From positions 42,510,788 through 42,574,787 of the forward strand of contig CM120640.1 in the NCBI GenBank assembly GCA_051362555.1: a stretch of DNA of 64,000 bases. Direction: 5' to 3'. Under the pieces are notes generated by a model. That model was not told where the DNA came from. It made no database searches and saw nothing but the letters and a program-made list of their open reading frames with translations. Positions 13,860 to 27,896 of this stretch are shown here, one piece after another. The position numbers and the translations under genes are program-made. Origin of the DNA: Lingula anatina. Its lineage: Eukaryota > Animalia > Brachiopoda. How positions within the stretch are numbered: the stretch's first letter is position 1; every line of letters begins with the position of its first letter.

Positions 13860-16798
13860 TTCTGACATCCATTTAACTAAAATATTTGTGATAATGGAAA
13901 ACTTGTCCCAAAAAGACCATTATTCAAATTGTCAAAACATATATGGAATGCAAAGAAAAATGGAACATGAACTTGGAGGGAAAGGTGGAATACAGTATAT
14001 TTTCATTTGTTAAAAAATTGTTATTAGCAAGGGAGGGAGGTGGAGAGTGGATTGTTTACTGGGGAGACGTCTGCTGAGACAGATGGTCTTCTTATTTGCT
14101 AAAGATAATCCCTGCAGTGTTCCTTGCTGAAGCATGCTGGTTTCTGAGACAGTGTCAATACAACTGTAAATTACTTGGGAAATTTGAGTTTGTACAGGAA
14201 AGGATGTAAATAACAAAAGAGTGCTGCAGGATTACAACATACACCTGCCATTTTCTCATCTCCTTTGTACAAACATTGCTATAAAGTTACAGAAAGAGCA
14301 CATCCTCGCTATTATAGTGGTACAAACCCAGATATTGACCCACCATACACGGGTTATGGATTTGATACGAGATGGCCGCACCAGTTCAACTTGGAATTGG
14401 TATCAATGTCGGAGTGGCATTTTCTTCTGTAAATATCTGCCTATCTGATTTGTGCAAAATTTGCACTTCATTACAGCAGCATTATTATATCCACAGCCCT
14501 ATCTGCACATTTTTATTCATGTCTGCATGCAACTAAATTGACTGCTTAATCAGAATGATATTGGATATCTTTATTCTGGTGGCCTCTTCTGTCGTACAAA
14601 GCAGCAAATTTTTTTTCATCATGGACAAGAAGACGTGAATGTGTTCATCCATGCCTTATCTCGTAATACTCATAAACCAAAATGATTTTCATTGGCAAAT
14701 TCAGCTATGAATTTTGATTAGTTATATTTTCCAGGCCACACTATGGGGAAATGCTTTTCTTCTGCATGAGCAGATACAAGTAATTGACTGTGGGTTTGTG
14801 GAATATTTATGTATCAGCCTAATAACTGGATAAAATACACACTGTTAACTGCTGGAGGTGTGTTTCCATGTCTGGGTTCTTTAGATCAGCCATTTAATTA
14901 CCCTCAAAGTTGGATAGCTTATGAATATTTATGTATCAATTTAATAAATACAATAAAGGATCTATAGCTGCTGGAGACAGCAGTGGAGACTCCAGGCATA
15001 CCTTTCCCATTTAATTACCCCGAGAAATAAATAGCTTGTTGCCCCACAGCCTTTGGGATGAATTTAAAGATCTTCACCCTGACTTAACCCATTATTCTTT
15101 GTTTTGTTCTCCTGACTATAATCCTACCAACACTGGTATTGTACGGGGGCCGGAAACATTAACTCACTTTCTTGTACAATTTATTTTCAAGTTTGTGGAA
15201 GGCAACAGCATTTGGAGATCAGAGCCATCTGGCTTTGAAGTATATATGTCTCATGGTTTTGCTTGGTTACAGTCTAAACACTGCTTGTTGATTGTGAACA
15301 CCACGTACCTGAGGTCCACTGTTTGTTCAGCACACCGAGTTTGCCTAAACACTAGTTTGCTCTATTTATGGATGGCCATGGGCAGGATACTCGGGCCAAT
15401 GGTTGGACTAAGGTTTATTTAGACTTCATTACTCTAATGGGGGTAATTTCTTCAAGTGCTTTGGTCTATGCCAAAATTAGCCAGCTTAGATAATTGACGG
15501 TCTCTTCATGGTAACAATGCACCTTAGAAATGATGATTATTTACTGATACACCAATATATTTTCTCATGTGCTTCATCAGTTTTGTCACCATTGAGCACA
15601 GTAATGGATTCACACCTATGTGCCATGAAGTTATCTGTCAAATATATATTGGGTAGGGGAGGTTTCCAATCATGAATATTTCATTGCACAATAAATGAAA
15701 ACTAGACTATAATGAATTTGAGGTTAATAATATATCATTTGGGAGGACCTCCTACTTGGCCCATTGTTGACCTGCTATGCCTTGTTTCTGACGCCAAGAA
15801 AGTGTGTTCACGTGTTTTAACTAGTGACTTAACCACGTGTCGGACCCTCTACCAGTTTACCTTTAAACGAATTCTCAAAAGTAACTGCATATTAATATTT
15901 AATCAGTCAGCCAGACTCCTCATTTATACCCTGTGTGAAAAGGATACATGGCATGAGAAAATGTCTTTCTCTATTGTTCTTTTTTTTCTTCTGAACTTCA
16001 AGTGATATATGTATAGCATACTTGGATGGCAATTCAAGTGCACCTCCCTCATTCCAAGGAGATAATTTGTTATTGTATTTATATATTCTACACCACTGCT
16101 TAGGTGAACATGCCCACCTCAATTAAGATTCACCATCAGATCTGTGTCTACAGATGGCATTGAATCTCCTCCATGTTTGTCAATTAGGGCCATGTTAATG
16201 TTATGTGGTTGGATAGGAAGTGACATTGTGACTATTGGTGCAGTGGATGCTTGTCTCTTTTGCTGTACTTGCTGTCTAATGAGCCAAATCATGATATGAC
16301 AAATAATGTCCACATGGTATTATTTTCTGGATAACCTATGGGAACTATGAGACTCGTTATCATTGCCCATTATGAATGTGAATAAATATGACTTGCTGTA
16401 CACAATGGCTGTATGTTATTGTTAATAACTGGACTAGGAATCCTGTCTTTGTTTTTGTAGTGATGCAATCCAGTGTTGTTCATCAGCTGGCCAACATCAA
16501 TATTTTAAGTGTTCATTATCACACATGAAAAGTCACTTTGATCCTCATTACCTGTTTTGTATATTTTGTTCCAACTTATTATTGGGTGATTAATGGAAAT
16601 GACATCTTACAATCTTAAAAAATTGAATAACATGACATGGTTTGTCATTTTTTTTTTTTTTTTGTAACATATGAGCATTGTTCTGTTTTGTTCCATGTGT
16701 TTTGTTCCATTGAGATTGTCTACATTTATCATAAACTATAGAGACATAATGGTTATTCTAATCCGCAATTTGTTCATATGATATTTTTATTTTTCCAG

Positions 16799-16856
16799 AG
16801 GTTTCCTCGAAGCTCCCCCCACTGCGAGCCTGTATTTAGCTCCTATAATTCCACAG
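16799..16856 (+). CDS. FAM53: FAM53-family protein, coding exon 2 (RFPRSSPHCEPVFSSYNST)
   Basis: Strong acceptor ttttatttttccag and donor gtaaga; 58 nt, which converts phase 0 to the phase 1 needed to join exon 3. Confidence 0.7.
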
Positions 16857-19192
16857 GTAAGACGTCACCACAGAAGGAAAAGTACATGTTATATAAAACC
16901 ATTTTAAACCAAACCAAAATCATTAGTACCTATATGAATGTTCCTGAACTGATTCATCATCAGCATATTGAAGTGGAAATAATATTTTAGTTTACATAAT
17001 ATTTTTCAAAATGAATTATTTTTATTATATACAAAGATTACATGGATCGTGGTCTATCCACACATGTACAGGAAGGAAAAATGTTCAACAGCGAAAAAAA
17101 CAATGAGTTCCAGTTGAAGTCAGTTGTACATCAGATGTCTTAAGCAGGTGGTCACTCTGTCTCTGTCAGGTCAATATCAGGTGGGAGAAGAAAGAAAAGT
17201 CTTCTCACTTGCATCCCTGAATTATCCCTATTGGCCCTGAATATGGATACTCCCTCTGATATCCAACACTTCCCTGCGTGGTCTTCTTGGCCAGGTTGTG
17301 ACCACAGAGTTTTACATTCTTGTTGCCTTGGCAACAGAAGGAGTTACATGTAAAGTGCCATGATTTAAGAGACGCAGCTCTATAAATGTCTCAGGATATT
17401 CTCAGAATTCTAGAAGTTTATGTCCTATAAAATTGATCCGTGCGTTTATTGTAGCAGTTATGGTCTGCAGTTGTGTGGACTCCAGAGTAGAGAAATGAGA
17501 AAGCTGATTGAAATAGCTCAATGATATTGAACTTTTGTTGGACATGAAAGCAAGAATAAATATGCTTGATCACTTTTCAGCAAAAGTGGGGGGAAAATAT
17601 ATTTAAGGAATAAAAGGTTAAAGAAAAAAAAGGAAAGAAGTGCAATATCTCAAGGCTAGTTCTGTCTGTTGAGCATCAAATTCTCTCAGCTCAGTAATTT
17701 TGTTTGAAAGCACCAATTTCTTGTTTAAAGAAACTGAGTTATTGCATTTGTTGCACAGGTGATTCAGAGTTCAAGGTAGTTACTAAATGGGCATTTGTGT
17801 ATGTAGTTTTGCTCTTAGTTACTGCTTAATGTTGTCGTTAGCCTTTTAAACAATTGGTTAGTGTGCCTAAACTCCACCCTGAAAGTTGAAAGTTTTGTAG
17901 ATAAACGTGGGCACCAGTGAATTGGAATGCATTATTCATTAAAAACCTTTTTACTGTGAAGATAAGCTTCAAATGTGGTCATTTTGAAGAAATTGAAGTA
18001 GAAGTAGATACAATTATTTCACCCTGTTTCCTTCCATACAGCAATCCTTGGTGAGCTGCCTCGAGATTAGCTTGACAGTCAGTGCCCTTTGAAACCCGGT
18101 TTCGTGCTAGCAAAATGTCTCATGTGTGGAAGCTGAAAATACCATGTTCTGTGCTGGAGAGCATTTTGTGTTGGAAAAAGACACATGAGGAAATTACATA
18201 ATGTACCTCAGCTCCTGTTCAGATACCTGATTACCTCCTCCAGATTGAAGGCCATTAGCACACTGAGGGGCACATAGACATGCACATTATTTCGACACAA
18301 TCATTATACTTTCCCAAGGTGATTAGTGCTCTTCAAGCTACTGGCACATTTTAGGGATAGTCGTGACAACAGTGAAAGGAAATTGGCTGCTAAAAAGCAC
18401 AATTTTGTTAGCAAAAATTTGGCATTTAGATTTTGAGTGGAAAATACCAAGAATTTGTTAGGTTCCAGTCCTGTTCTTGGTAGAATTGCTTGATCACGTA
18501 ACAAGTTGATTTAGTGCCTAGGGCTAAGATTCAGTGCTAAGATTTAAAGGAGGCTTTAAATTTCAGTATAATTTTGAAGGTGCCTTGTGCAAAGCTGGTC
18601 TGATTTCCAATTAGAGATAATAACTCTTTGTTACTCATATACTTTGCTATTCCCTTAACTTATTACAGTAAAATCTACAAAAAGCACTAAATGGGAGGTA
18701 TTGTTATACCTAATTACCTGGTATAACACTACTTAATTTGCAGAAAATGTAGTGGTATCTGTCAGTGGTTGTTCTTGGTGGGTATCCCCAAAGAGTTACC
18801 GAGATGATGAATAGCATTGAAGTTCCGAGGAAATGAGTAGCGGAGGAAATGAAGAATTGTTCTCCTAGAGAATAAAGAGGATCATTTTAGGCGCCATGTT
18901 GTTTGATTGATCAGCTTTTACAAGTCTGCATTCATGCTCTGCTGGTTCTGCATGGTTATGTCGTTGAATTGTTATGCCTGCATCCTTTGATTGTCAATTG
19001 GCTTAGCAACATTTTTCATGTATATGGTATAATAAATATTTGATTTCCAAGTCAATAATGATACATATTTTCAGAATGCAGGATACATCATACTGCATGT
19101 GAAATATTTGAATGAAGGGCATTATAACATGCCCCTTGCTGCCAGTTGGGCGACTTTTATTGATCGCAATTTATCTTTTTTGCTCATTTTAG

Positions 19193-20010
19193 ATCAAAAA
19201 GCAAAGTTAGTAATTATCCAGACCTCTGACCCCTGGGACCAATCGCTGAAGTCAGGGACTCATTTCCAGCTGGAAACACCACCGTTCTGTTCACACACTG
19301 CCAATGCAACACAGAAATGCCTCACCTGCTTCGAACCGTCACCGAGCACACCACCCGCACCCCCAAAGAAACGTCACTGCCGCTCTCTCTCCATCCCTGG
19401 GGACTCCTCAGTCACAGGGGGCGACACTAGGCAGGCCTTACTTCATCGCCCCGTGGCTTTGAGACCCCACTTAAACAACAATAAACTGTCTAAAAATCGA
19501 AACTCTCCCACTATCTCTACTGGCAGCAGTCGAGGGGGCAGCACTCTAAGCTTACCGGGTTTGCAGAGCAGCTTTAATTTTTTCCCCGCCACGTCTATCA
19601 GCAGTGGGGGACCATGCCATTCAAGTGGCTCCAATGAGTATTTCTTCACGCCCCCAGAATCCCCAGTGCCAAGACCTGCCTCTGCCTCTAGTGGCTACTA
19701 TGACAGCTCCCTCAGCTCTCTTGGAGCACCATGGCTAGAACACAGTCCCCTACGTTGCAGTGGGAAATATGAAGCATTCAAACTACGAAGTCTTTCTCTG
19801 GAGGATCAAATCTCCGAGCACACCTCTCAGTGCACCTCAGGATCCATGCCAGTTATGCCAGGTGCCATTGGTTCCACCCCATCATCGCCAAGACGACAGC
19901 GTATCCCACGCTGCCGTTCTCAACCATGTGTTCTCCAAGATCGAAAGTGTGGTCTGAAGAGGCGTCGGGAGGAAGATAGACCTGCACTTGATTTCCTTAA
20001 AATGAAAGAA
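19193..20010 (+). CDS. FAM53: FAM53-family protein, large coding exon 3
   Basis: Part of ORF 19099-20028 with FAM53 motifs APPKKRHCRSLS, PPESPVPRPASASSG and RCRSQPCVL..RKCGLKRRREEDRPALDFLKM; acceptor ttttag at 19191-19192, donor gtaagt at 20011. Confidence 0.92.
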
Positions 20011-23000
20011 GTAAGTGTAATTTCATAGACACGTAGTTATGTTATTTCATTTGTTTTTGTTGAAATATTTTAAATTATCAAGTGCTAGAAGTTTGTGTTT
20101 GTATTATTTTATTTCATACACTTGAAACAAATAAGGTCATGCCTTTCTTACTCCAACTTCATGAAAAAAGAACATACAGTTAAAAGCAATCCAAATTGCC
20201 ATGTGAAAGTAGTGAGATGGCGATGGTAATCACAGCTTCCATCTTTCACTGCAAGGCAGTGGTTGGCAAACATTAAAAATCTGTGTAAGAGCCTTGTTTT
20301 ATTAGAAAACTGAGGTACTTGCCCCTTGAGTTGGTGGAGATATCACCTGCCAGTTGTGAAAGGAAATTTAGAACTCATTAATTTTGACTGAATCACCTTT
20401 GGGACACCTGAAGGCTCAACCTGGTGTGGGAACATGATTGATTTAAGATGACAATAAGTATTTTTTTTCCACAAAATGTGGAGTGTTTTACTAGGGTATT
20501 TTTATGGACATCTTGTACTTCCATTTTGTCACAACTGATTTGAACAACAATTCAGAGCTTTTCTCCTCCTCTTTTGTCAACAGTGTGGTTTTCAACTCTG
20601 CTCAGGTATGGTTTTCTTTACACTTAAAAAAACCTTACATATAAAAACATGGCTTTGAAAAAGATAAAAAGCATTGTAGAAAACTTAGCCACTCCCATAT
20701 ATACTTAAAGTTTGTATTGTCAACATGTATATATGTTGCCAAAAGACATTTAGGTTGGGGGGAAACATAAACATGTGGAAAGAAAGCTTGTTGCTATTTA
20801 CTATAAAACTGAAGCACACGATACTTTTAAATACATTAAAATGTCTGAGACTAGTCTAAGCCATTTGCCTTACCTTAAGATTCTGTAGATGTAATTAGCA
20901 GTTAATTTCAGAGCAGGTTAACCAAAAGTTGTCCAGTCCTTCATGTCAAAGCTTTTGAATACCATAATGCATTATGAATGAGCATTTTTTTGTCATGGTC
21001 TGCAGGATTGGACACATATCATTTATTATGTACTCGACCCCTGACAAAAAGATGCAAAAGTCCACTTTTTGACACCTTTTTGATAATTATTCAATGCACT
21101 TGTAAAAATGAATAAAAACATCTATTCATTAGAATCTAAGGAGATTGACAATATTAAGAAATTTGAGAAACCGTAAAAAGATAGGAATTCCTTTATAGGA
21201 TTTTCTTTGTCAATCGATAGCAGATCCTAACTGTTCATTATGTTTTGTCAGTAATGAAATGTCCATCAAAAAGAATCGGTGGGAGATTGCATGAGAGACT
21301 GAATGACAACCCATCTGCTCGGTGGAGGGGGGGGTTAAAATCATATGCCTGTAATTTCCACACTTTTGCAGCCTTTTCTGGGTAAAGCTGTATAGAATAA
21401 CTGGTTTAAGGGACAGATTTAATTGTCCTTGAAATATGATGTATATGTAATAATTATTAATCAGTTGAACCTGCTGTGAGCAGAGAATTGCTGGTAATTG
21501 TGACCATTATGTAAATGGAATCTGTCTGGTAGTGTCAGCCACTCTTTAGGCTTCCAGATTGACATTATACATTTTTGGGCCATACTGTTTAAGATTTTCA
21601 AGGTCTCATGCAATCTCCCACTGAAACTGTTAATTTTTGTTAAATCAAAAATAAACAATGTATCATGTTGGATGCATTTTTGTATATTGGGTGGGTTCGT
21701 TGATACGAAATTAGATTTTGCTCATTCGTTGCTGAATTTTCTTAGTCAATAACATGACATATTTTTTTGAACAATGACACCATGGTTGATGGATTGGCAA
21801 TAAAGGAAGAGAATAAAAGAAAACAGGTTTAGTGCCAAGTCTTTGATAAAAAAAAAACAGCCCTTTATCTTGTTACCAGTTATGAAATCATTTATTAATA
21901 GCCCGACAATAGTTGAAAATGCAATTGACGAAAGAATTTTGACTTCTGAAATAGTGTTTTGATTGTGCCATTTATAAACATCATTGCTGGGTTGTTGCAG
22001 GGGGATGTTGGTTCGCCCCTGGGCACTGCTGCACAAGTGAAAAAAAGCAAGATTGTGATAACACTGCAAAGTTAAGTCAATAGAGATCCATTGTTAGAAG
22101 CTGGCTTCTGAAGAGAAATAAGAGCTTGGTCTTTATTGATGCACACTCCCGTTCTTGACGGTCAAATGAATGACTTGGTCTCAATTTTGCTTTGAGAATG
22201 ATAATTCCTTCATGTGCAAAAGGTTATGGAAATAACTTATATGGAGTCTTTTCCTGTGCATTTTGATGAAAATCTATTTTAGTCAAGAAATGGATTTGCT
22301 GAATGTAGATTGTGTTTGGAATAGGTTTTTGCATTGATCCAGGTTTTGGCATGTTGTTTTGGCATGGTAGTTCTGATAGTGTATATCAGGTGAAATGGGC
22401 AGTCAAACTAGCTAATTCTAGAAAGTGCCCACATGCATTAGTTTCCTCTCTGGGAAAAGATATTTGCACTAAGAGATTACTTCGACCCTTTTACAGTAAT
22501 GCATTTTTATCTTTGCACCAACTGGCTTTGACTGCCTCCAGTCATTCCATGCTATCACTGGCCATCTCCATTAATGACCTTCTCTTGAATATCACTGTTA
22601 ATAACTGCACATTTGTTGGTCATCAAGCTCTGGGTGTAAGTGTAACTTGCTGTACAAAATATTGGACTTTTAACAAGAACATTGTTTTCCTTTTCTTGAA
22701 TGATATCTTTTTTTTTTTCAATCAGAACCTTTGCCTGTTGACTAGTGAAATAGTTTCTGCATATGCGCCCCCTATTTTTAACCATGCTGTTACAATGTGT
22801 CAACTATTTAAGTATGGTTTGTAAATTTATTTTTCTGAAATGTAAAGCTTGAAATTTGCTGATCAGTGCCTACTAAAAAGGTAAAAGCAGTGTGGGAAAT
22901 ATTTTCTCTCTCCCTATTTAATGTTGATGACGTGTAACCAAAGGGGAGCATCCTGTTAGGCTACCCCCCACTTGCTGCTAAAATGTTAACCTTTTTAACA

Positions 23001-23076
23001 CCTTTATTTTACTTATGATTGAGTGTAAAAGATTGGATTTGGTTCCAGTACTTGGGCACGGCACACTACAGCTATT

Positions 23077-23332
23077 GGGTCCAGTTTCACAAAGGCAGTA
23101 TAACCTGATATTGGTCTATAATTTTAGTCTAGAAGTTCTATTTCACTTAAAAAGATAAAGTGATTTTTATCAAGGTAAATAAATTAGATATTGTTCTGAA
23201 ACATTGGCCATGCCTTTCGTGATATTAAACAAGTGCAATATTTAATTTTATTGAGTTTAAAAAAAACTTGAATCTTTGGTCTAAAAGTTAAGACCAATTT
23301 TCGGGCTAAAGTTCTTTTGTGAAAGGGGTCCC
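23077..23332. mobile_element. Degenerate MITE (PIF/Harbinger-like ends)
   Basis: Imperfect terminal inverted repeats gggtccagtttcacaaag ... ttttgtgaaaggggtccc around an AT-rich interior; no clean TSD. Confidence 0.45.
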
Positions 23333-26300
23333 TGAACTCAATTTTCTATACCTGAATGCCCATTTGTCACTGGACTAGCTAATGTGCCATTACAATACTT
23401 GTTCAACATTGTCACTGCATGAAAATCCAAACAGTGTGAAATACACATGTATTGTAATGTCCAGGGGGTGGTGGTTCAAGATAACCCCCTTCAGCCTAGC
23501 GCCTTCACCTTTAACGACAATAGAATTCAATCCTCTGCGTGAGAATGTCAACTGATATGGCACAACATATTTGTAGATCAATTTTATGTCCAAGGCAGGA
23601 TTTCAAAAATGAGATAAAGGAGTCAAAAATTGCATTAGAATTTATTGGAGATTTTGAGTAGCTCGATAGGCGTAATGAATAGCTGTAGTGCATAGGTGTT
23701 ATTACATATAAGGTAAATTTGTTCCTGTCAGTGTGCCCACCTTTAGTAAATCATGGAGATGTTTGGATGTCTGAATACAGTTTTAATCTCCACTGCATCA
23801 CGGATGCGTGATCTGGAAAAGATTTTAGGTTTTTATTCGGGAATTTATTCCACCACCGTATTAAAGGCTATGTGCCTTTTAGGGCAAATTTATAAGGTCG
23901 CGTGCAATAACATGGAAGTCTAAGCAATTGTGTTGCCTTTAAAAAGAGCTGTGGTTTAGTATTTAAACAACTGATTTTTGGACTGAGATAAGTTCCAGTG
24001 TGTGACGTCAGGGAGTTATGGTAGCCTAAAAACATAATGCTTAAAGAACACCGCTAGGTTAAACATTCATAGTCTCTGCAATGTGAGATTTTTTCAAGTG
24101 ACAATATTCCTTTTCTGAGGTACTATTTGAAAAATTCTCACAGCTGTATTTGCTACAGCTCATTGCTTGTGCCTACCTGACAATATGCAGGTTTTTAGGT
24201 CTTATTTTTTTCTGTTAGATAAGGTCAGATTTGTAATCTAAATTATACCAGAAGAGTGAGCTTTTATCTGTGATTTATAAGTGAGTTGGGTTATTAAAAG
24301 TATAATATTCAAACAAATCGATAAATAAAACCACAGATCTAATCAGAAAATGAAATGGTGGCCTTGATCAGCAGGCCTATATGATAAGTGGAGGTCAAAA
24401 AACACGAAAAAAGGACAAGGAATGTTGCTTTAATAGCCTTAAGAAAATGAAAAGAAAAAGACACGCAGACAGTAATTCTTGCAGTATGTGAAGTAGATAA
24501 AGGTAGTCTCAACATGACAGCTGCTCTGAGTGGATGTAGAGAGACGGAGCACTCTCATGATTACTGGGATTGTGCAACCCTTCCCTGACATAATGGCACT
24601 TCTAAACCGATCCCTGGGGGTATGATGGGCACCTCATGGGGCTAGGAGGATTGAGACCTGATTAGAGTGTAAATCACCTCTGTAGAGCTCACTTGAGGTG
24701 CTAGATTTACCAGCAGGTAGATCTTTTTCATCTCATCATTCACCTTATTATGGCATGTACAGACATAAGAATAGATCTGTGGAAGAGATTATAGACAGTC
24801 AGTGAGTGAAAGGGAATGTTCACTGCAGTGTGTTCGCTGCATGTAAAACAGGTTGACACCAGACACTGGCTTAATCTGTTTTCTCTTCAGATATCAGTAT
24901 TCTTTACGCAATGTGGAAAAAGAGCATTATTCTGATTTGCTTAAGTATTTGGTACCATTTTGTAGTCTCCAAGAACTTCCTTAATTTGTGTTCGTTAAGC
25001 AAGGTGGAAAATTAATCCTTGCTGCAGATAAAAGGGATTTGGCACCATGTTATAGATGTAAGGATTCCAGAGTATAGAAAATTGAATATCCCACTTACTT
25101 TTGGCATATTCAGAAATTTATTAATGCATGGAGCATGGCCAGTGAGAAAATAAATGATATAAAATCAAGTCAATTAGGGAAAAATTGTGTATGAATAATT
25201 GAGAAATAAAGAGGGTCGTGAAAATAAATAGAAATAGTCCAAATTCTAGGACATGAAACTAGTGCGAAAAGTAGCTTCAGTAGATCTATAAATAAGTAGA
25301 CTTCTGGTGTTTATGGAACGTAGCTGAAGTGACACTGCCAGGATTGACTGGCAATCAAATCAGTGTTAAGCAGACAGACTCGGTGACACCAGAGTTGATG
25401 CAGCAGGCATCTCCCCTGGGAAGAACACTGATTGAGCTGGCAAATGAGACTAGGAGGAGTACAGGAGTGAAATGTGAGCGTTTGATGACCATGCTTCACT
25501 CGGGCACCTTGATGCATATGGCTTGTCTCTGGTCTCTGAAATTGTTTTTAGTTTTAGGCCTCGTTCACATGCAATGTCTATTTTCTAAATTCTATTTTCT
25601 ATTCGCGCTATCTTATGATCACGGTCTGTGCCCTGAATATCCCGCCGCGTAATTACTGGCAGGGCGAGACAGTTACTTATAGTAACTTATAGTAACTGGC
25701 AACAAGAGCAGTTTAACTTCTGAAATTTACTTTCACTTGGCACGATGTGAACTTTAGTTTTCACTTTTTTTCACAAAGGCAATATATTTATGGTTATCTT
25801 CTCATATATAGCGTTATCATCCTTAACCAAATCTGCCTTTGGTATTACGCAGATAGGACTCGGTCTGTAAACAAGAATCCTCTATCACAAATTGATCTGT
25901 CCAGTAAATATATGTATGTAATAACCGCGGCCTTGTTTTTCTCCCAGCGTAATTGCTACCATCAGGATACAGGCAAGAATTTTAACTCATAAGCAAATTC
26001 ATTTGAAAATGTATCATATGAGTAAGTGGAGTAATTTACTGCCAGTGGCTTTTAAATGCACCATTAAACTAACAGACATACAGTCCAACACAGTTCTTAC
26101 TTTACACAGTGAGATGCAAATAAGAAATTCCCATCTGTTAATTCATGAAAGCGTACAATGCAAATATATTAATCCACGCTGATGACAAATGACTTTTAAG
26201 TCTTTCTTTATATATACTTGGTGTAGTTGGAAATCAACGGTCATGATAGATAAGGCAGCTAAGTGGGGTTTTTGCTGAGTGACACCAATCTAAACTAAGT

Positions 26301-26452
26301 GCACTTCAAACTGTTTTAATGAGTTAAGATTCCACAAGTACCAAGCCAACTCTTTTGATAATTTTTCTACACTGTATTCTCAGCATGCAAGGTAAACTTG
26401 CTGCCTGTATTCAGATGGCATTAACATATTGGAATGTTGAACCATTGATTGC

Positions 26453-26800
26453 CCCCTTTTTTTTATTGAACCCTGCATAGCAGGGGCTAACATTTTACTC
26501 AATCACAATATTCCTTTTAGAGATCAGGGTGCACTGTTTACTTACATGAAATATTGAAATTAAAGTAAACAAAAAGAGAACATGTTATAGAATAATGTGA
26601 AATTAAATGATTTTGTTAAGCCCTTTTTATTGAACCCTTCATAGTGTGTTAGCAATGTTTTCTGTCCCACTGTTTCACTGTGGGATTGAAAATGGTGTTT
26701 AGTTTCATAAAATATTAAACTAAAAGTAAACAATAGAGAACCATGCCTTTGAATAGGGTAGAATATAAATACATGTGCTGTGGAGTATACGATCCCTTTT
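26453..26800. repeat. Diverged tandem dimer, period ~165 bp
   Basis: ccctttt..ttattgaaccct.catag and cat.aaatatt.aa.taaagtaaacaa.agagaa.catg each occur twice, ~165 bp apart. Confidence 0.6.
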
Positions 26801-27139
26801 TCAATAACTTTTATTAATGAACCATGTATTAAAGATCGGGGTCAAGCACCGCCTGAAGAGGAATTGCTAGGTGTAGGTTAAGAGAAATTGATTGATATTA
26901 TCAGAATTGTGTCCACACGGAAAAATAATTCAATTTTAATGGTGATCTATGAAGTATGCATACAAATTGAGTTCCTTAAACTATGACATAGAAGTTCAAA
27001 ATATGGTGTGAATTTAATTAACTGTCTGTAGTCTTTGTTTTTACATCAGTTGTTTTTCAAAATCTTTCTGATTCTTAGTATTTTGGTGCTACTTGTTAAA
27101 TGTATGATGTACAATAATGTATACATATTTGTTTTACAG

Positions 27140-27190
27140 ACTGCCATAGAACCTGTACAAAGATGGTATAAAGGTATCAACATTCCACTG
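27140..27190 (+). CDS. FAM53: FAM53-family protein, coding exon 4 (TAIEPVQRWYKGINIPL)
   Basis: Acceptor tttttgttttacag, donor gtaagt, 51 nt, phase 0/0. Confidence 0.65.
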
Positions 27191-27470
27191 GTAAGTTGTG
27201 CTCCGTCTCAACTAACACATTGTAAGCAACCTGTACTCTCCTTACTCTTATGTGGAACATTCTTTGTCACATAATCAACAGTAGCAATTGCTTGCATACT
27301 GAATGACATATTGATTCCTTTGACACTGTCCACATTGTTTATGAGAGTGATTGTTGTTACTTCAATATTTAGGTCATTATGGGGAAATTTTACTTTTGCA
27401 AATTGTCAGCAGAAGTGTAGCAGTTCAGTTTATAATTCTTCAAACCACATATACAATTGCAAAGATACAG

Positions 27471-27504
<34 letters not shown>

Positions 27505-27536
27505 GTTACAAAGGTGACACAATTTTATTCTTTCAG

Positions 27537-27896
27537 AATTTCAAGTCCTCTCGCAGTTTGGCAAGTGAATTTGCCAGCCTGAATCCCATTGCTAGCTCCC
27601 CTCTAGATAGCAGCATCCCAAGTACCATCACAGCGCACACCGGCTCTGCCACCTCATCCCCGACCTTAGAACTACAGGAAAAGAACGAAGATAGTAATAA
27701 TGAAAACCAAGACGAATTTGTAGACAGAGGCTACAGCACAACCACGGAAACTTCCGATAGTGTGGATGCTAATTGTTCTGATACTTGCAGTTGTCATGAC
27801 AATCTGGATGAACAGAGTGAGGAGGAAGAGGAGGATCATATGTTTCACATAGATGTGGCCAATGATATTGACCTTGATCAAATTGAAAAAGATTAA
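27537..27896 (+). CDS. FAM53: FAM53-family protein, last coding exon (acidic tail)
   Basis: Acceptor ttattctttcag, in frame with ORF 27558-27896; ends DIDLDQIEKD*, matching the conserved FAM53 C-terminal DLDxxQIExx motif. Confidence 0.88.
   Translation, partial: NFKSSRSLASEFASLNPIASSPLDSSIPSTITAHTGSATSSPTLELQEKNEDSNNENQDEFVDRGYSTTTETSDSVDANCSDTCSCHDNLDEQSEEEEEDHMFHIDVANDIDLDQIEKD

Noticed and set aside
19099-19192. N-terminal part of the 309-aa ORF as a real protein start
   Set aside because: It begins at a GTG and runs through a polypyrimidine tract and acceptor; the conserved FAM53 start is in the upstream exon at 12957.
22312-22824. 170-aa intronic ORF, and the 128-aa ORF at 15036-15422
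   Set aside because: Non-ATG starts, no recognisable motifs, composition typical of AT-rich non-coding DNA, and no splice sites that fit the FAM53 model.
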